Source: Polyangiaceae bacterium
GTDB lineage: Bacteria; Myxococcota_A; Polyangia; Polyangiales; Polyangiaceae
DNA: 64,000 nucleotides
Assembly: GCA_965222375.1 (NCBI GenBank)
Contig: CBDCTZ010000014.1
Coordinates: 800,001-864,000 of the forward strand
Direction: 5' to 3'
Shown: piece by piece, positions 35,895 through 46,054 of the stretch
Layout of the letters: each line of letters begins with the position of its first letter
Numbering within the stretch: position 1 is the stretch's first letter
Program-made: the position numbers and the translations under genes
The notes under the pieces: model-generated
What the model saw: only the letters and a program-made list of their open reading frames with translations
Databases searched by the model: none
What the model was told of the DNA's origin: nothing

Positions 35895-35939
35895 ATTCCT
35901 GACGCTGATTTGCTCGAAGCTCGTCAGTTTCGCCTGGGC

Positions 35940-36641
35940 CTACTTGCATTGAAAGTTCGAGCACTTGCCGCTGATGCACTCGCTGGAGCGCACGCAGGCT
36001 CCGCCTGCGGAGAGCGGCTTGGAGCACTGATTCAGCTTCCAGTTGCAGATCCCGCTGGAGCACTCCTTGTCGCGGGCACAGGGTGAGCCGGACGCAGCCG
36101 GGCTGCTGCACTGGTCCAGTTTCCAATTGCACAGCGCCGACTTGCATTCCTTGTCCCGCCCGCAGGGCTGGCCAGTTTCGAGCGGAGTGATGCAATGCGA
36201 GAGCTTTTGGCCGCACAGGCCGGTTGGGCACTCGCTATCGAAGAAGCATGGCTGAGTGCTGGTGCCGCCCCCGGTCGCGCCGCTGCCGCCGCTGCCGCCA
36301 GTCGCGCTGCTGCCGCCGGAACCAGCGGCGCCACTTCCGCCCGCGCCGCTGCCGCCAGTCGCGCCGTCGCCTCCTGATCCGCTCGCGCCACTGCTGCCCG
36401 CGGCGCCCGCGCCTCCGGCGCCGCTGGTGGCACCAGTTCCGCCCCCGCCCACTGCGTCGGTGCCGCTGCTACCCGCTGCGCCGGCCGCGCCCGCGGCCGC
36501 CGCGTTACCAGCAGCGCCGCCGGCCCCGGCGGCGCCGCTGGCGCCCCCGGTGGCGTACAGGTCTCCATCTGTGGAGCCGCCACACGCGACGCTCAAAAGA
36601 CCTATCAGCGCCGAACCCAAGAACAAGTATTTGCCTGCCAT
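35940..36641 (-). CDS. Lipoprotein with Gly-rich linker and four Cys-rich (Dickkopf-like) repeats
   Basis: SVAC lipobox; CxxDxECxSxxCxxKLxxC repeats. Confidence 0.8.
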   Translation of the reverse strand: MAGKYLFLGSALIGLLSVACGGSTDGDLYATGGASGAAGAGGAAGNAAAAGAAGAAGSSGTDAVGGGGTGATSGAGGAGAAGSSGASGSGGDGATGGSGAGGSGAAGSGGSSATGGSGGSGATGGGTSTQPCFFDSECPTGLCGQKLSHCITPLETGQPCGRDKECKSALCNWKLDQCSSPAASGSPCARDKECSSGICNWKLNQCSKPLSAGGACVRSSECISGKCSNFQCK

Positions 36642-36740
36642 CTGCCTGGGAGTGCTCGGGGCGCGCTGGATTGATCACAAAAAGTGATCTCCGGCCTCGA
36701 TGCATCGACAGACCCGGCAAAGGGCGGCACGCTGAGCGTC

Positions 36741-38186
36741 ATGCGCTTCGCGATTCTAGCCGGGCTCTTGGTGCTCTCCTGTGGCTCCGATGATGGTGGG
36801 ACGGCTTCCAATACGGGCGGTGCGTCTGCGGGGGGCGGCGCGGCTGGAAGCAGCGGCGCCGGAACGGGTGGGAGCGCCGCCGGCGGCAGCGGCGGCGCCG
36901 CTGCCACCGGCGGCGCTAGCAGCGGTGGAACGTCGAGCGGCGGTAGCGCCGGCAGCGCCACCGGCGGAGCCGGCGGCGCGCCCGCGGGCGTCGACCCGAA
37001 CAGCATCGACAAGAAACTGCTATACGGCTACCAGGGCTGGTTCGCCTGCAAGGGTGATGGGTCACCGACGGATCGCTGGGTGCATTGGTTCAAGAACGGA
37101 TCGCCAGATCCCGCGAACCTCACCTTCGAGATGTGGCCGGATCTGACGGAGTTTGCTGACAGCGAGCTCTTTCCAACCAATCTGACTCTGGCGGGCAAGC
37201 CCGCCAAACTCTACTCGGCGTGGACCGAGGCCAGCGTCGTGCGTCACTTCGCTTGGATGAAGACCGCCGGAATCGATGGCGTGTTCTTGCAGCGCTTCGT
37301 GTCGGAGCTCAAGGACCCCAAGTTCAAGGCGTTGCGCGACAAGGTGGCGAAGAGTGTGATGAAGGGCGCCCTCGACAACGGTCGAGTCTTCGCAGTCATG
37401 TACGACATCTCCGGTGCCAACGCTGCGACCCTGTCAGCAGATCTGAAACAGGACTGGGCCTACTTGGTCAACACGCTGAAGGTGACCGCCAGCCCCCGCT
37501 ATCTGAAACACGCTGGCAAGCCGGTGCTCGCGATCTGGGGCTACGGCTTTTCCGATCGACCCGGCACGCCGGCTGAGGTCAGCGCTCTGCAGAAACACTT
37601 CCAATCCCAAGCACCCGCTGCGGAGCAAGTCACGCTGATGGGCGGCGTGCCGACCAATTGGCGGACTCTCCAAAACGACTCGAAGACGGATCCCGCGTGG
37701 CTGCCCGTCTACCGCAGCTACGACATCCTCAGCCCCTGGGCCGTGGGGCGCTTCGCGGACGACGCCGGCGCAGACAACTTCAAGAACAAGTACATCGTGC
37801 CGGATCTCGCGGACGCGAAGAGCAACGGCTTCACCTACATGCCCGTGGTTTGGCCCGGCTTCTCTTGGAAGAACCTGAACGGCGGTCCCCTCAACCAGAT
37901 CCCGCGTCGAGCTGGCAAGTTCTGGTGGCGCCAGGTCTACAACGCGGTCAGCGCCGGCGTGCCGACCATCTACGGAGCCATGTTCGACGAGGTCGACGAG
38001 GCCACGGCCATGTTCAAGCTCGCGCCGACCGCCGCCCAGGCTCCGAGTCAAGGCACCTTCCTGCCCCTGGACGCCGACGGCACGGCACTCTCCAGCGACT
38101 TCTACTTGCGTTTGGGTGGGGACGGCGCGCGGATGCTTCGGGGCCAATTGCCCGTGAGTCCCAACGCGCCTACTTCGCCGAAGTAG
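36741..38186 (+). CDS. Glycoside hydrolase family 71/99-like lipoprotein
   Basis: GYQGWF, IDGVFLQRF, MYDISG, SPWAVGR, PGFSW and AMFDEVDEATA motifs. Confidence 0.88.
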   Translation: MRFAILAGLLVLSCGSDDGGTASNTGGASAGGGAAGSSGAGTGGSAAGGSGGAAATGGASSGGTSSGGSAGSATGGAGGAPAGVDPNSIDKKLLYGYQGWFACKGDGSPTDRWVHWFKNGSPDPANLTFEMWPDLTEFADSELFPTNLTLAGKPAKLYSAWTEASVVRHFAWMKTAGIDGVFLQRFVSELKDPKFKALRDKVAKSVMKGALDNGRVFAVMYDISGANAATLSADLKQDWAYLVNTLKVTASPRYLKHAGKPVLAIWGYGFSDRPGTPAEVSALQKHFQSQAPAAEQVTLMGGVPTNWRTLQNDSKTDPAWLPVYRSYDILSPWAVGRFADDAGADNFKNKYIVPDLADAKSNGFTYMPVVWPGFSWKNLNGGPLNQIPRRAGKFWWRQVYNAVSAGVPTIYGAMFDEVDEATAMFKLAPTAAQAPSQGTFLPLDADGTALSSDFYLRLGGDGARMLRGQLPVSPNAPTSPK

Positions 38187-38188
38187 CT

Positions 38189-39346
38189 TCAGGCTGACTG
38201 GGGCACAGCTTGGGCGGCTGACTGGGCGAGTTGGTAGAAGGCACGCCGCAGCACCGGGGGATGGGGACCTCCGGAAGCCGCAGTGGCAACGACGCAGGCG
38301 GCCCGGGGAGAGCCATGTTGCATGAAGAATTCGGCCAACTCGGCAACGCTATTGGCCGTGTGGTTGGGAAACGCTGGTTGTGTCAACAGGGACGCGATGT
38401 CCTCCAATGCTTCCATGCTCGGGCCCTGATGCTTCAGGATAGTCTTCTGCTTTTCCAAATGTGCATAGGTGGCTAGGCGCTCCGCCACCCATTCGGCCGA
38501 ATGAGATTGCTCTGGCAGCATGTCCAATTCGAACCTGCGCGGCAATTGTGCAGGGGCGCCGCGATCTAGCTCGGCGACCACGAACAGTGCACCTCGGTCG
38601 AGAACGCGAACGGGCGTCAGCCCCGCCCGCTTGCACAGCGCGGGCAGTGTGTTTGGGCTGAAGGAAAACAGATGCACGTTCTGAAAAAAGTTCTCTTCCA
38701 ACAGACCGTAGGGTTGGTACAGGTTCGGGACTTCCAGCACCAGCTTGCCGCCGGGCGCTAGCAGCTCTCGCAATCGCAGCAATTGCTCGAGGGGCTCATG
38801 GAAGTGTTCCAGCACGTGAAAGAGTTGGATCTGATCGAATCTTTCCTCGCTATCGAACTCCTCCAGCGTTCCCGTGAAGCAATCCACTCCAGCGGCGCGG
38901 GCTTGGGCGGCTTCCGCCGGCCCCGGTTCGATGCCGAAGGCGGCGATGCCCATGCGCTGTTTCATCAACTCCAGGGTGCGGCCGTGACGGCACCCCACTT
39001 CGAGTACCCGCGCTCCCTGCCGCGCGCCGCCCAGGGCAAGGGAGTTTTCGGCTTGGCCACCGTGCCAAGCGTCCAGGGCCTCGGCGTAGCCGGGCTCGCC
39101 CACTCCGGCGGTGCCTCCGCCGGCGACCGGGTAGCGCACATCTCCGTAGTGCTCGCGGTAAGTGCCTCGGTAGTACGCCATCATCGCGTCGTGGTCTGGC
39201 CGGGGGGTGACGTAGACCAGGCCGCAGTGGCAGCACGCGACGTTACGTACTTGCATGCCAAAGCGGCCGCGCTGTCCGACGACAACGCCGGATTGGGATG
39301 ACTCGCAGAGGGGACAGACAGGTGACTCAGTGTCCTCGGGGATCAT
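38189..39346 (-). CDS. Class I SAM-dependent methyltransferase with N-terminal Zn-binding Cys cluster
   Basis: CPLC...CCHC, VLEVGC, HVLEHF and LEVPN. Confidence 0.9.
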   Translation of the reverse strand: MIPEDTESPVCPLCESSQSGVVVGQRGRFGMQVRNVACCHCGLVYVTPRPDHDAMMAYYRGTYREHYGDVRYPVAGGGTAGVGEPGYAEALDAWHGGQAENSLALGGARQGARVLEVGCRHGRTLELMKQRMGIAAFGIEPGPAEAAQARAAGVDCFTGTLEEFDSEERFDQIQLFHVLEHFHEPLEQLLRLRELLAPGGKLVLEVPNLYQPYGLLEENFFQNVHLFSFSPNTLPALCKRAGLTPVRVLDRGALFVVAELDRGAPAQLPRRFELDMLPEQSHSAEWVAERLATYAHLEKQKTILKHQGPSMEALEDIASLLTQPAFPNHTANSVAELAEFFMQHGSPRAACVVATAASGGPHPPVLRRAFYQLAQSAAQAVPQSA

Positions 39347-39642
39347 GGAAGAGCTGGCGGGTGCAAGTCTCGGGCCCCGCCGAGATTTGCGTCCGGGGTG
39401 TGCCCAGCGACTGCCGGGATGTTCGAAGATTGGCGCCTGGGCGGCTGGGGCGTCAACCTGCTGACTCTGAGGGTCAGGACGCGGCGTCGTCGTTCTGCCA
39501 GGGCAGCAGAGCGGTTATCCGTTCCGCGAGGGCCGAGAGCATGGAAAGCTCTGGAGTCGAAGCAAGCGTTTCGTCTGCGCCTTGCTGTGATGGCGGGGTG
39601 TGACCGGCGCGCGGCGCTGCTCCGGGTTAAGATGCGCCCGCC

Positions 39643-41643
39643 ATGGATAGTCGGAAAGAAGGACGAACCCACCATCCAGCGCGCGCAGCCGGGGATGCCG
39701 CGCTGAGCGAAGCGGAGACGCTGCTCAAAGACGGCGGCGAAGCGGAGACGCTGGTTCGAGACGTTGCTGTTCCCAAGCGCGTCACCAAACGCAGTGAAGG
39801 CGTGCAGGCGGGTGACGCCCTCGCGCCCACGCTGGCTCACGATTCGGACGCGAGTTCCAGCGAGCCGAAGGTGGTGGACGCGGGCCCCGTCTCTTTCGAT
39901 ACGGCGCGGCGCTACGAGGATCGCAAGCTGCTCGGCGCCGGGGGCATGGGAGAGGTGCGCCTGTGCGCAGACGAGTTCGTGGGTCGCGACGTGGCTATGA
40001 AGGTGATGCGCAAGGGGCCGGGCTCGACGGGAAGCGCGCGGGCGCGCTTCTTGAGAGAGGCTCGCGTGCAGGGCCAATTGGAGCATCCGAGCATCGTGCC
40101 GGTCTACGACATCGGACGTGACCCAGGGGGCAACGCGTTCTTCACCATGAAACGCGTCAAGGGCCACACCTTCGAAGAGATCATCGTGGGGCTCCGGGAA
40201 GGTGTGCCGCACATCACCGAAGAATACAGTCGTCGGAAGTTGCTCTCGGCGCTGTCCCAGGTGTGCTTGGCCCTGGAGCTGGCGCATCGCCGTGGCGTCG
40301 TACATCGGGATCTCAAGCCAGCGAACATCATGCTGGGCGACTACGGTGAGGTCTACGTGCTGGATTGGGGCGTCGCGAAGATCCTCGGCGAGGCGGATCT
40401 TTCCCTGGATTCCCCGGAAACCTCAGAAGCCCCAATCGACCAAACCGCGGCGGGATCCCTCGTGGGCACTCCGGGCTATATGGCACCGGAACAGGCCATG
40501 GGGGACGTGGAACACATCGGTCCCGCATCGGATGTGTTTTCTCTGGGCGTGATTCTCTTCGAATTGCTCACTCATCAGAGCTTCGTTGCCGGCAAGACCG
40601 TCCAAGACTTGCTGGTGCAGACCATGCGCGGGGTGGACGCTTCACCCATGAGCCGAGCGCCCGACGCTGAGGTAGGGCCCGAACTCGATGCTATCTGCGT
40701 CAAGGCCTGCGCCGTCGACCCCGCGGAGCGGTTTGTTTCGGCACGCGAACTTCACGACGCCATCGAGGACGTGCTGGATGGCGAGCAAGATGCCGAGAAG
40801 CGTCAACAGCTGTCCCAACAGCACGTGGACCAAGCGGAGGAGATCCTCGCGGCGGAAACGGTGACCGAAGACGCTCAGGCCCGCGCCATGCAGGAGCTGA
40901 CCCGCGCCTTGGCCTTGAATCCTGGCAACCGCGATGCCCTGTCCGTCCTGACCCAATGGGTGACGTCTTCGACCCGAGAGCTGCCACCGGAGGCGGAAGC
41001 TGCGCTCAAGGAGGTAGAGCGCAAGGATCGCGCCCGCTCCGCCAAGCGAATGGGCGTGGGTTTCTTGAGTTGGTTCCTGCTCGCACCACTCTTTCTCTGG
41101 TTGGGCGTGCGCAGTTGGGTGTGTGTATTGATGACTGAAGCGGCGGTCGTGCTCGTCGTCGTGTACGCGCTCTGGATGAGCAAGACGGGCAAAGCGGGGC
41201 CGAAGTACATGCGCTGGGGCATCACACTGACCTTCATCCTAATCGGCTGCACCAGTTTGTTGTTCGGACCCCTCATCTTGACCCCGGGTATCGCCGCAAC
41301 GGCCGCCGCGGTGCTCGTCATCAGCATTCGCGCGAATCGGCTGACCCGCCGCTACGTGCTTCTACTGTCCGTCGCAAGCGTCATGGTGCCCCTGGGTCTG
41401 CAGCTCGCGGGCTGGATGGAACCGAGCTATGCGGTCGAAAACGGCAAGATCGTGCTGCTGCCGGCGGCAATGAACCTCCCGCCGGTCGGAGCCATGATCT
41501 TTCTATCCGTGGCCACCGCCCTCCAGTTGATCCTGGCGGTGCTGCTAATCGGCGGCGGCGTAGAACAACTAGTCCACGCCGAACGCAACAATTTCGGCCA
41601 AGCCTGGCGCCTCAAGCGCCTGCTTCCCTCGCACCAGGGCTAG
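39643..41643 (+). CDS. Ser/Thr protein kinase with C-terminal multi-TM domain
   Basis: GAGGMGEV, HRDLKPAN, DWG and GTPGYMAPEQ; about six TM helices. Confidence 0.95.
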   Translation: MDSRKEGRTHHPARAAGDAALSEAETLLKDGGEAETLVRDVAVPKRVTKRSEGVQAGDALAPTLAHDSDASSSEPKVVDAGPVSFDTARRYEDRKLLGAGGMGEVRLCADEFVGRDVAMKVMRKGPGSTGSARARFLREARVQGQLEHPSIVPVYDIGRDPGGNAFFTMKRVKGHTFEEIIVGLREGVPHITEEYSRRKLLSALSQVCLALELAHRRGVVHRDLKPANIMLGDYGEVYVLDWGVAKILGEADLSLDSPETSEAPIDQTAAGSLVGTPGYMAPEQAMGDVEHIGPASDVFSLGVILFELLTHQSFVAGKTVQDLLVQTMRGVDASPMSRAPDAEVGPELDAICVKACAVDPAERFVSARELHDAIEDVLDGEQDAEKRQQLSQQHVDQAEEILAAETVTEDAQARAMQELTRALALNPGNRDALSVLTQWVTSSTRELPPEAEAALKEVERKDRARSAKRMGVGFLSWFLLAPLFLWLGVRSWVCVLMTEAAVVLVVVYALWMSKTGKAGPKYMRWGITLTFILIGCTSLLFGPLILTPGIAATAAAVLVISIRANRLTRRYVLLLSVASVMVPLGLQLAGWMEPSYAVENGKIVLLPAAMNLPPVGAMIFLSVATALQLILAVLLIGGGVEQLVHAERNNFGQAWRLKRLLPSHQG

Positions 41644-41655
41644 CCGATTGAACAC

Positions 41656-42630
41656 CTACATACTGCGAGGTTGGTCCGACTTCCTCCTTGGCTGACTGCC
41701 CCCAGGTTTGAGCACGGCTACCTGGTGGCGTTCGACAACGTCTCGAATCAAGCCTCGAATCCAGCGGTTGAGGGGATCATGATGGGTCCTCTGGTGCCAG
41801 ATCATGGGCAGTTCGAGAGGTGGAACGGCGAGAGGGACCGGCTTGATCACGAGGGGATGACGCTGTGCCAGGTGCTGAGCGAGCAGTGCGGAAGTGGTGA
41901 CCACGAGGTCGCTTTCGACCACCATCATGGCGATAACGACCGGCGACGCCGCTCGTACTACGATCCTTCTTCGCAGCCCATGCTGAGCGAGAGCGTGGTC
42001 CACGTGGCCCGGGCCCGCTCCAGTGACGGTCATGATGCCGTGCTCCAAGATGGAGAACTGCTGGCGCGTCCACCTCCTTCTTAGCGCTGGGTGGCGCCGT
42101 CGCAATAGGCAGACCCATGGGTCGTCCACCAGACGACGGCAATGCAAATTGCTCTCCTCGCCACCCGGTACGCCGAAGGTGAGGGCGACGTGTCCATCTG
42201 TCAGACGGCGGCGCCAGCCCGCAGACCATGAGTCGAACACGAGATCAAGATGCGGCGCTTCTGCTCGAACTCTTCCGAGCAGCATGGGGCCGAAAACGAG
42301 AGTGAAGTGGTCCGGGAACTCGAGGCGTACACTGCCACGAGCAGCCTTCGGATCGAAGTCATCAGTTTGCAACATTCGAGAGACTTGTTCCAGCGTGCTT
42401 CCCACGGGCTCGAGCAGCCGTTCTGCGCGAGGTGTGAGTTGGTAGCCTTTGCCCTCCTGCACCAAGAGGGCGTCGTTGAACAGTCCTCGCAGGCGCCCGA
42501 GCGCGCGGCTCACCGCAGGCTGACTTAGCCCCAGCCTTTCCGCTGCCCGAGTGACGTGACGCTCGTGCAAGAGCGCTTCCAAGGTCACGAGCAGGTTGAG
42601 GTCGACATCTCGTAGATTACGAAAACGCAT
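41656..42630 (-). CDS. LysR-family transcriptional regulator
   Basis: VDLNLLVTLEALLHERHVTRAAERLGLSQPAVSRALGRLR. Confidence 0.95.
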   Translation of the reverse strand: MRFRNLRDVDLNLLVTLEALLHERHVTRAAERLGLSQPAVSRALGRLRGLFNDALLVQEGKGYQLTPRAERLLEPVGSTLEQVSRMLQTDDFDPKAARGSVRLEFPDHFTLVFGPMLLGRVRAEAPHLDLVFDSWSAGWRRRLTDGHVALTFGVPGGEESNLHCRRLVDDPWVCLLRRRHPALRRRWTRQQFSILEHGIMTVTGAGPGHVDHALAQHGLRRRIVVRAASPVVIAMMVVESDLVVTTSALLAQHLAQRHPLVIKPVPLAVPPLELPMIWHQRTHHDPLNRWIRGLIRDVVERHQVAVLKPGGSQPRRKSDQPRSM

Positions 42631-42687
42631 GATACGTATTGGTAACATGCATTGGACGCACACCAGAGACCGCGATAGCCGGGGTGC

Positions 42688-43272
42688 GTGCGTCGAAAGT
42701 TACTCATCATCACCGGAGCGGCCCTGGCGCCACTCCTGGCCGGCCCCTCTCTTGCGCAGGGGGAGCCTCGGGGGGCAGGCGCTCTGGAAACGGATCCCCT
42801 GAGCACGGCAATCGGCGCGCGGACTCTGACACTTCAATGGAACCCAGAGGAGTCCGGGGGCGTTGCCCTGTCCGCGGTTGCGTTCTCGGGCGAGTTTCCC
42901 GACTTCGCCCAGCGCCTGCTGCGCCTGCGGAACGATTCGGGGGTGGATTGGAGGATCGGCCCGAGCTTCGGCGTGGGTGTAGACTATTTTGTTGCCAGTC
43001 GGGCGGAGGGGCTGTTTCTGGGTGTCGTCGCACTAGAGTTCCACAACGTTATCGAGCGCAGAGGTGATCGCAGTCGCTTTTTCTCGATCAACTTCATTCC
43101 CCGGGTAGGCTACCGCTGGTTTTTGGATGCCGACTCGAGCATCTACGTGGCCCCTTTTGGTGGGCCCCGGTTCGAGTTCAAACTAGCTGGCGACAACAGT
43201 GTCGACGGGGTGGTGTTCGAGCCGACTCGAGTTGCTCCGTTTGCAACGGTGCACGTGGGGATCCACCTATGA
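42688..43272 (+). CDS. Small outer-membrane beta-barrel-like protein
   Basis: Signal peptide; GVDYF, VGYRWF and terminal VGIHL strands. Confidence 0.65.
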   Translation: MRRKLLIITGAALAPLLAGPSLAQGEPRGAGALETDPLSTAIGARTLTLQWNPEESGGVALSAVAFSGEFPDFAQRLLRLRNDSGVDWRIGPSFGVGVDYFVASRAEGLFLGVVALEFHNVIERRGDRSRFFSINFIPRVGYRWFLDADSSIYVAPFGGPRFEFKLAGDNSVDGVVFEPTRVAPFATVHVGIHL

Positions 43273-43297
43273 CATGTAAAAGGATGCGTAGCCCAGC

Positions 43298-43696
43298 ATG
43301 AGCGTTCCACTCTTCACTTTGACGTACTTGGCCGTCCTGGCGCTGATCTACTCTGTTCTCGCATTGATCGTGGTTGTTCTGCGCGGCAAGTACGATATTC
43401 CCTTTGGTCACGGTAACAACGCGCTGCTCGAGCGGGCCATTCGAGCGCACGGGAACTTCATCGAATGGGTTCCGATGACCGCGCTATTGATCGCCGGGTT
43501 GGAGGTGTCGGGGCAACCCACGCTGCACATACATGTGATGATGGGGGCTCTCTTGGTCGCTCGAGTTCTCCACCCGATTGCCTTGTTCTCCAAACTTGGC
43601 AGCCGTCGCTACTTCGTGGGGCGGATTGCCGGAGCGACGACAACCTGGCTCACCATGACCGCTGCAGCGGTCATGGTGATTCGGTGCCTGGTGTAG
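43298..43696 (+). CDS. MAPEG-family membrane protein
   Basis: RAIRAHGNFIEWVP and ARVLH. Confidence 0.92.
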   Translation: MSVPLFTLTYLAVLALIYSVLALIVVVLRGKYDIPFGHGNNALLERAIRAHGNFIEWVPMTALLIAGLEVSGQPTLHIHVMMGALLVARVLHPIALFSKLGSRRYFVGRIAGATTTWLTMTAAAVMVIRCLV

Positions 43697-43835
43697 TTCG
43701 AGACTTCCATCGCTGCCCTGGCTGTCGCTGGAGCGAGCTGGGACCACTGAATCCGCTCGCGGGCATGCTCTGCCTGTGTCCCCTGGCGCATCGTCCGAAG
43801 ATCCAGGGCAATACTGGAGTGGTACACTTGGGGTC

Positions 43836-45287
43836 ATGAGAACCTGCGCGTGGCTGGCGATTCTGGGTCTTTTCTCTGCTGGGTGCGGCGGCGACGACGA
43901 CGGCGGTGGAAGCTCCGGGGGCAGTGCCGGCACAGGGGCGAGTTCGGGCTCCGGCGGCAATGGGGCGGCCGCCGGTAGCGGCGGAAACGGAACGGGTGCT
44001 TCAGCGGGTACCGGTGGTGGCAGCGCAGGAAGCGGCGGAAGCGGTACCGGTGGCAGCGGTACCGGTGGAACAGGCGGCGTGCCGAGCGCGAATTGTGATC
44101 CATTGCCCGCGCCGAGTGGTGCCACGCTGGAGTTGAAGCCCGGCGACGACTTGAGCAACGCGGTCAACAGCGTGGCGGCGGGCACGACCATTCTCTTGGC
44201 AGACGGTACCTACGACGTCAGCAATGACCCCATGTACATCACGACGGACGGGCTCACCATCCGTGGCAAGAGCGGCAATCGAGGCGCCGTGATCTTGGAC
44301 TCGAAGCATCAAGATAACGGTACCGGCGGCATCATCAGCGTGCGCTCGAACAACGTGACCATTGCGCACTTGACCCTCAAGGAGGCGCGCTTTCACGCCA
44401 TTCATGTCAGTGGTGGGCAGGCGGCGACGACCACCGGCGCCCGGATTCACGACGTGCATGTGCTCGACCCAGGCGAACAGGGCATCAAGATCAACGCCAG
44501 CGGCAAGAACTACACGGACCAGGGGGAGATCTCGTGCTCGCGAATCGAGCTGACTCGCCCCGGTGCGGCCTTTGTGCAAACGAAAGTGAGCAGCGGAAGT
44601 ACCTGCTACACCGGCGGCGTGGATGCCCACGATGCGCGGGGCTGGGTTGTTCGCGACAATCACATCGAGGGTTTTTGGTGCGAGGGGCCGGACATCTCCG
44701 AGCATGGAATTCACTTCTGGACGGGCTGTCGCGACACCCTGGTGACTCGCAATGTGCTCGTGAACAATGCGCGACACATCGGTTTCGGCCTAGTAGGCAG
44801 TGGGCGAACCTACTCCGACAACCCATGCCCGGGTCACACGCAGGTGGGCCACTACGACGGGACCATCATCAACAACTTCATGGTCGCCACGGACCCCAAG
44901 TTGTTCGCGTCTCCGAGTGGTTTCGATTCCGGGATCTCGCTCTGGTATTCCTGCGGCACGGTCGTGATGCACAACAGCATTGCGTCGACCCAAACGCCCA
45001 AGTCGAGCGGGATCGAGTACCGCTTCGCCTCCACCAGCGCGGAGATCGCCAACAACATTTCAACCCATCCGTTCAAAGAGCGGAATGGCGCGACGGCCAA
45101 GCTGGAGACCAACATCGAAAACGCCTCCACGAGCGATTTCGTGGACGTGGCCAAGGCTGACTTGCACTTGACGGCGGGGGCAACAGCGGCCCTGGACAAG
45201 GGCACCGACAAGACGACTCACGTCAAGATAGACATCGACTCGGAGCCTCGCAGCAAGACGCCCGACATTGGTGCCGACGAGCGTTGA
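43836..45287 (+). CDS. Right-handed beta-helix (pectin-lyase-like) lipoprotein
   Basis: SAGC lipobox, TILLADGTY, parallel beta-helix repeats, and C-terminal PDIGADE. Confidence 0.85.
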   Translation: MRTCAWLAILGLFSAGCGGDDDGGGSSGGSAGTGASSGSGGNGAAAGSGGNGTGASAGTGGGSAGSGGSGTGGSGTGGTGGVPSANCDPLPAPSGATLELKPGDDLSNAVNSVAAGTTILLADGTYDVSNDPMYITTDGLTIRGKSGNRGAVILDSKHQDNGTGGIISVRSNNVTIAHLTLKEARFHAIHVSGGQAATTTGARIHDVHVLDPGEQGIKINASGKNYTDQGEISCSRIELTRPGAAFVQTKVSSGSTCYTGGVDAHDARGWVVRDNHIEGFWCEGPDISEHGIHFWTGCRDTLVTRNVLVNNARHIGFGLVGSGRTYSDNPCPGHTQVGHYDGTIINNFMVATDPKLFASPSGFDSGISLWYSCGTVVMHNSIASTQTPKSSGIEYRFASTSAEIANNISTHPFKERNGATAKLETNIENASTSDFVDVAKADLHLTAGATAALDKGTDKTTHVKIDIDSEPRSKTPDIGADER

Positions 45288-45318
45288 GTCTGCGCCACGC
45301 GCGAGTGCGCAGCGCAAG

Positions 45319-45825
45319 CTAGGGCGCGCAGGCGTCGAAGGCTGTGTTCTCGGCGTCGCAGTTGCCGGCTTTGAAGTCTGGGCCGTCAGGAGTGCACTCC
45401 CAAGCCGCGGCCGTCGCGGGCAGAGCTTTCGCGCAGGTGACCAAGGCTTCGAACTCCGTGACACACTTGCCACCCGCGTAGAGCGTATTGCATAGACCGA
45501 TCAGCTGCGCGGAGTTGTCTTTGCAGCCGATGGCGCTGGCCGCGGCCTTCGTGAGGTCTGCGGCGTCGTTGCACGCCTGGTGGGTGCTCGTCGCACCGCC
45601 CGCTCCCCCCGCGCCACCGCTCGCGGACCCTGCGCTGCCGCCGGTCGCGCTGCCCGCGCTGCCACCCGTGGCCGAGCCTGCAGCGCCACCGGTAGCGGTC
45701 CCGCCGGTGCCCGAGCCGCCGGTGCCCGAGCCGCCGCTTCCGGAGCTGTCGTCGTCCGAGCCGCAGGCGGGCGCCAGGGCGATGAGTGCAATCGAGGCCG
45801 ATATCCAAGCGAAGGTTCGAATCAT
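45319..45825 (-). CDS. Cys-rich lipoprotein with Gly-rich linker
   Basis: APAC lipobox; GGSAG repeats. Confidence 0.75.
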   Translation of the reverse strand: MIRTFAWISASIALIALAPACGSDDDSSGSGGSGTGGSGTGGTATGGAAGSATGGSAGSATGGSAGSASGGAGGAGGATSTHQACNDAADLTKAAASAIGCKDNSAQLIGLCNTLYAGGKCVTEFEALVTCAKALPATAAAWECTPDGPDFKAGNCDAENTAFDACAP

Positions 45826-46054
45826 GGCGGGCAGACTAGCATTGAAGCCCGCTGGTTTTGTAGGGCCTGCGGGGTGCGGATCGAGCGTTGAAGTGGCGTT
45901 CATCATATCGCGCCCTCTGCTCCGACGCGCCGCGCCATTGGAGGGGTCTTCCGAGGCTGGGCAAAGGCGCCCGAGGCGTGCTTGACTCCCCGGCCCACCT
46001 GTTGGACCGAGAGGCGCTCCAGTCGGTCCGGCCCAGCCCGCAACTCACCCAAAA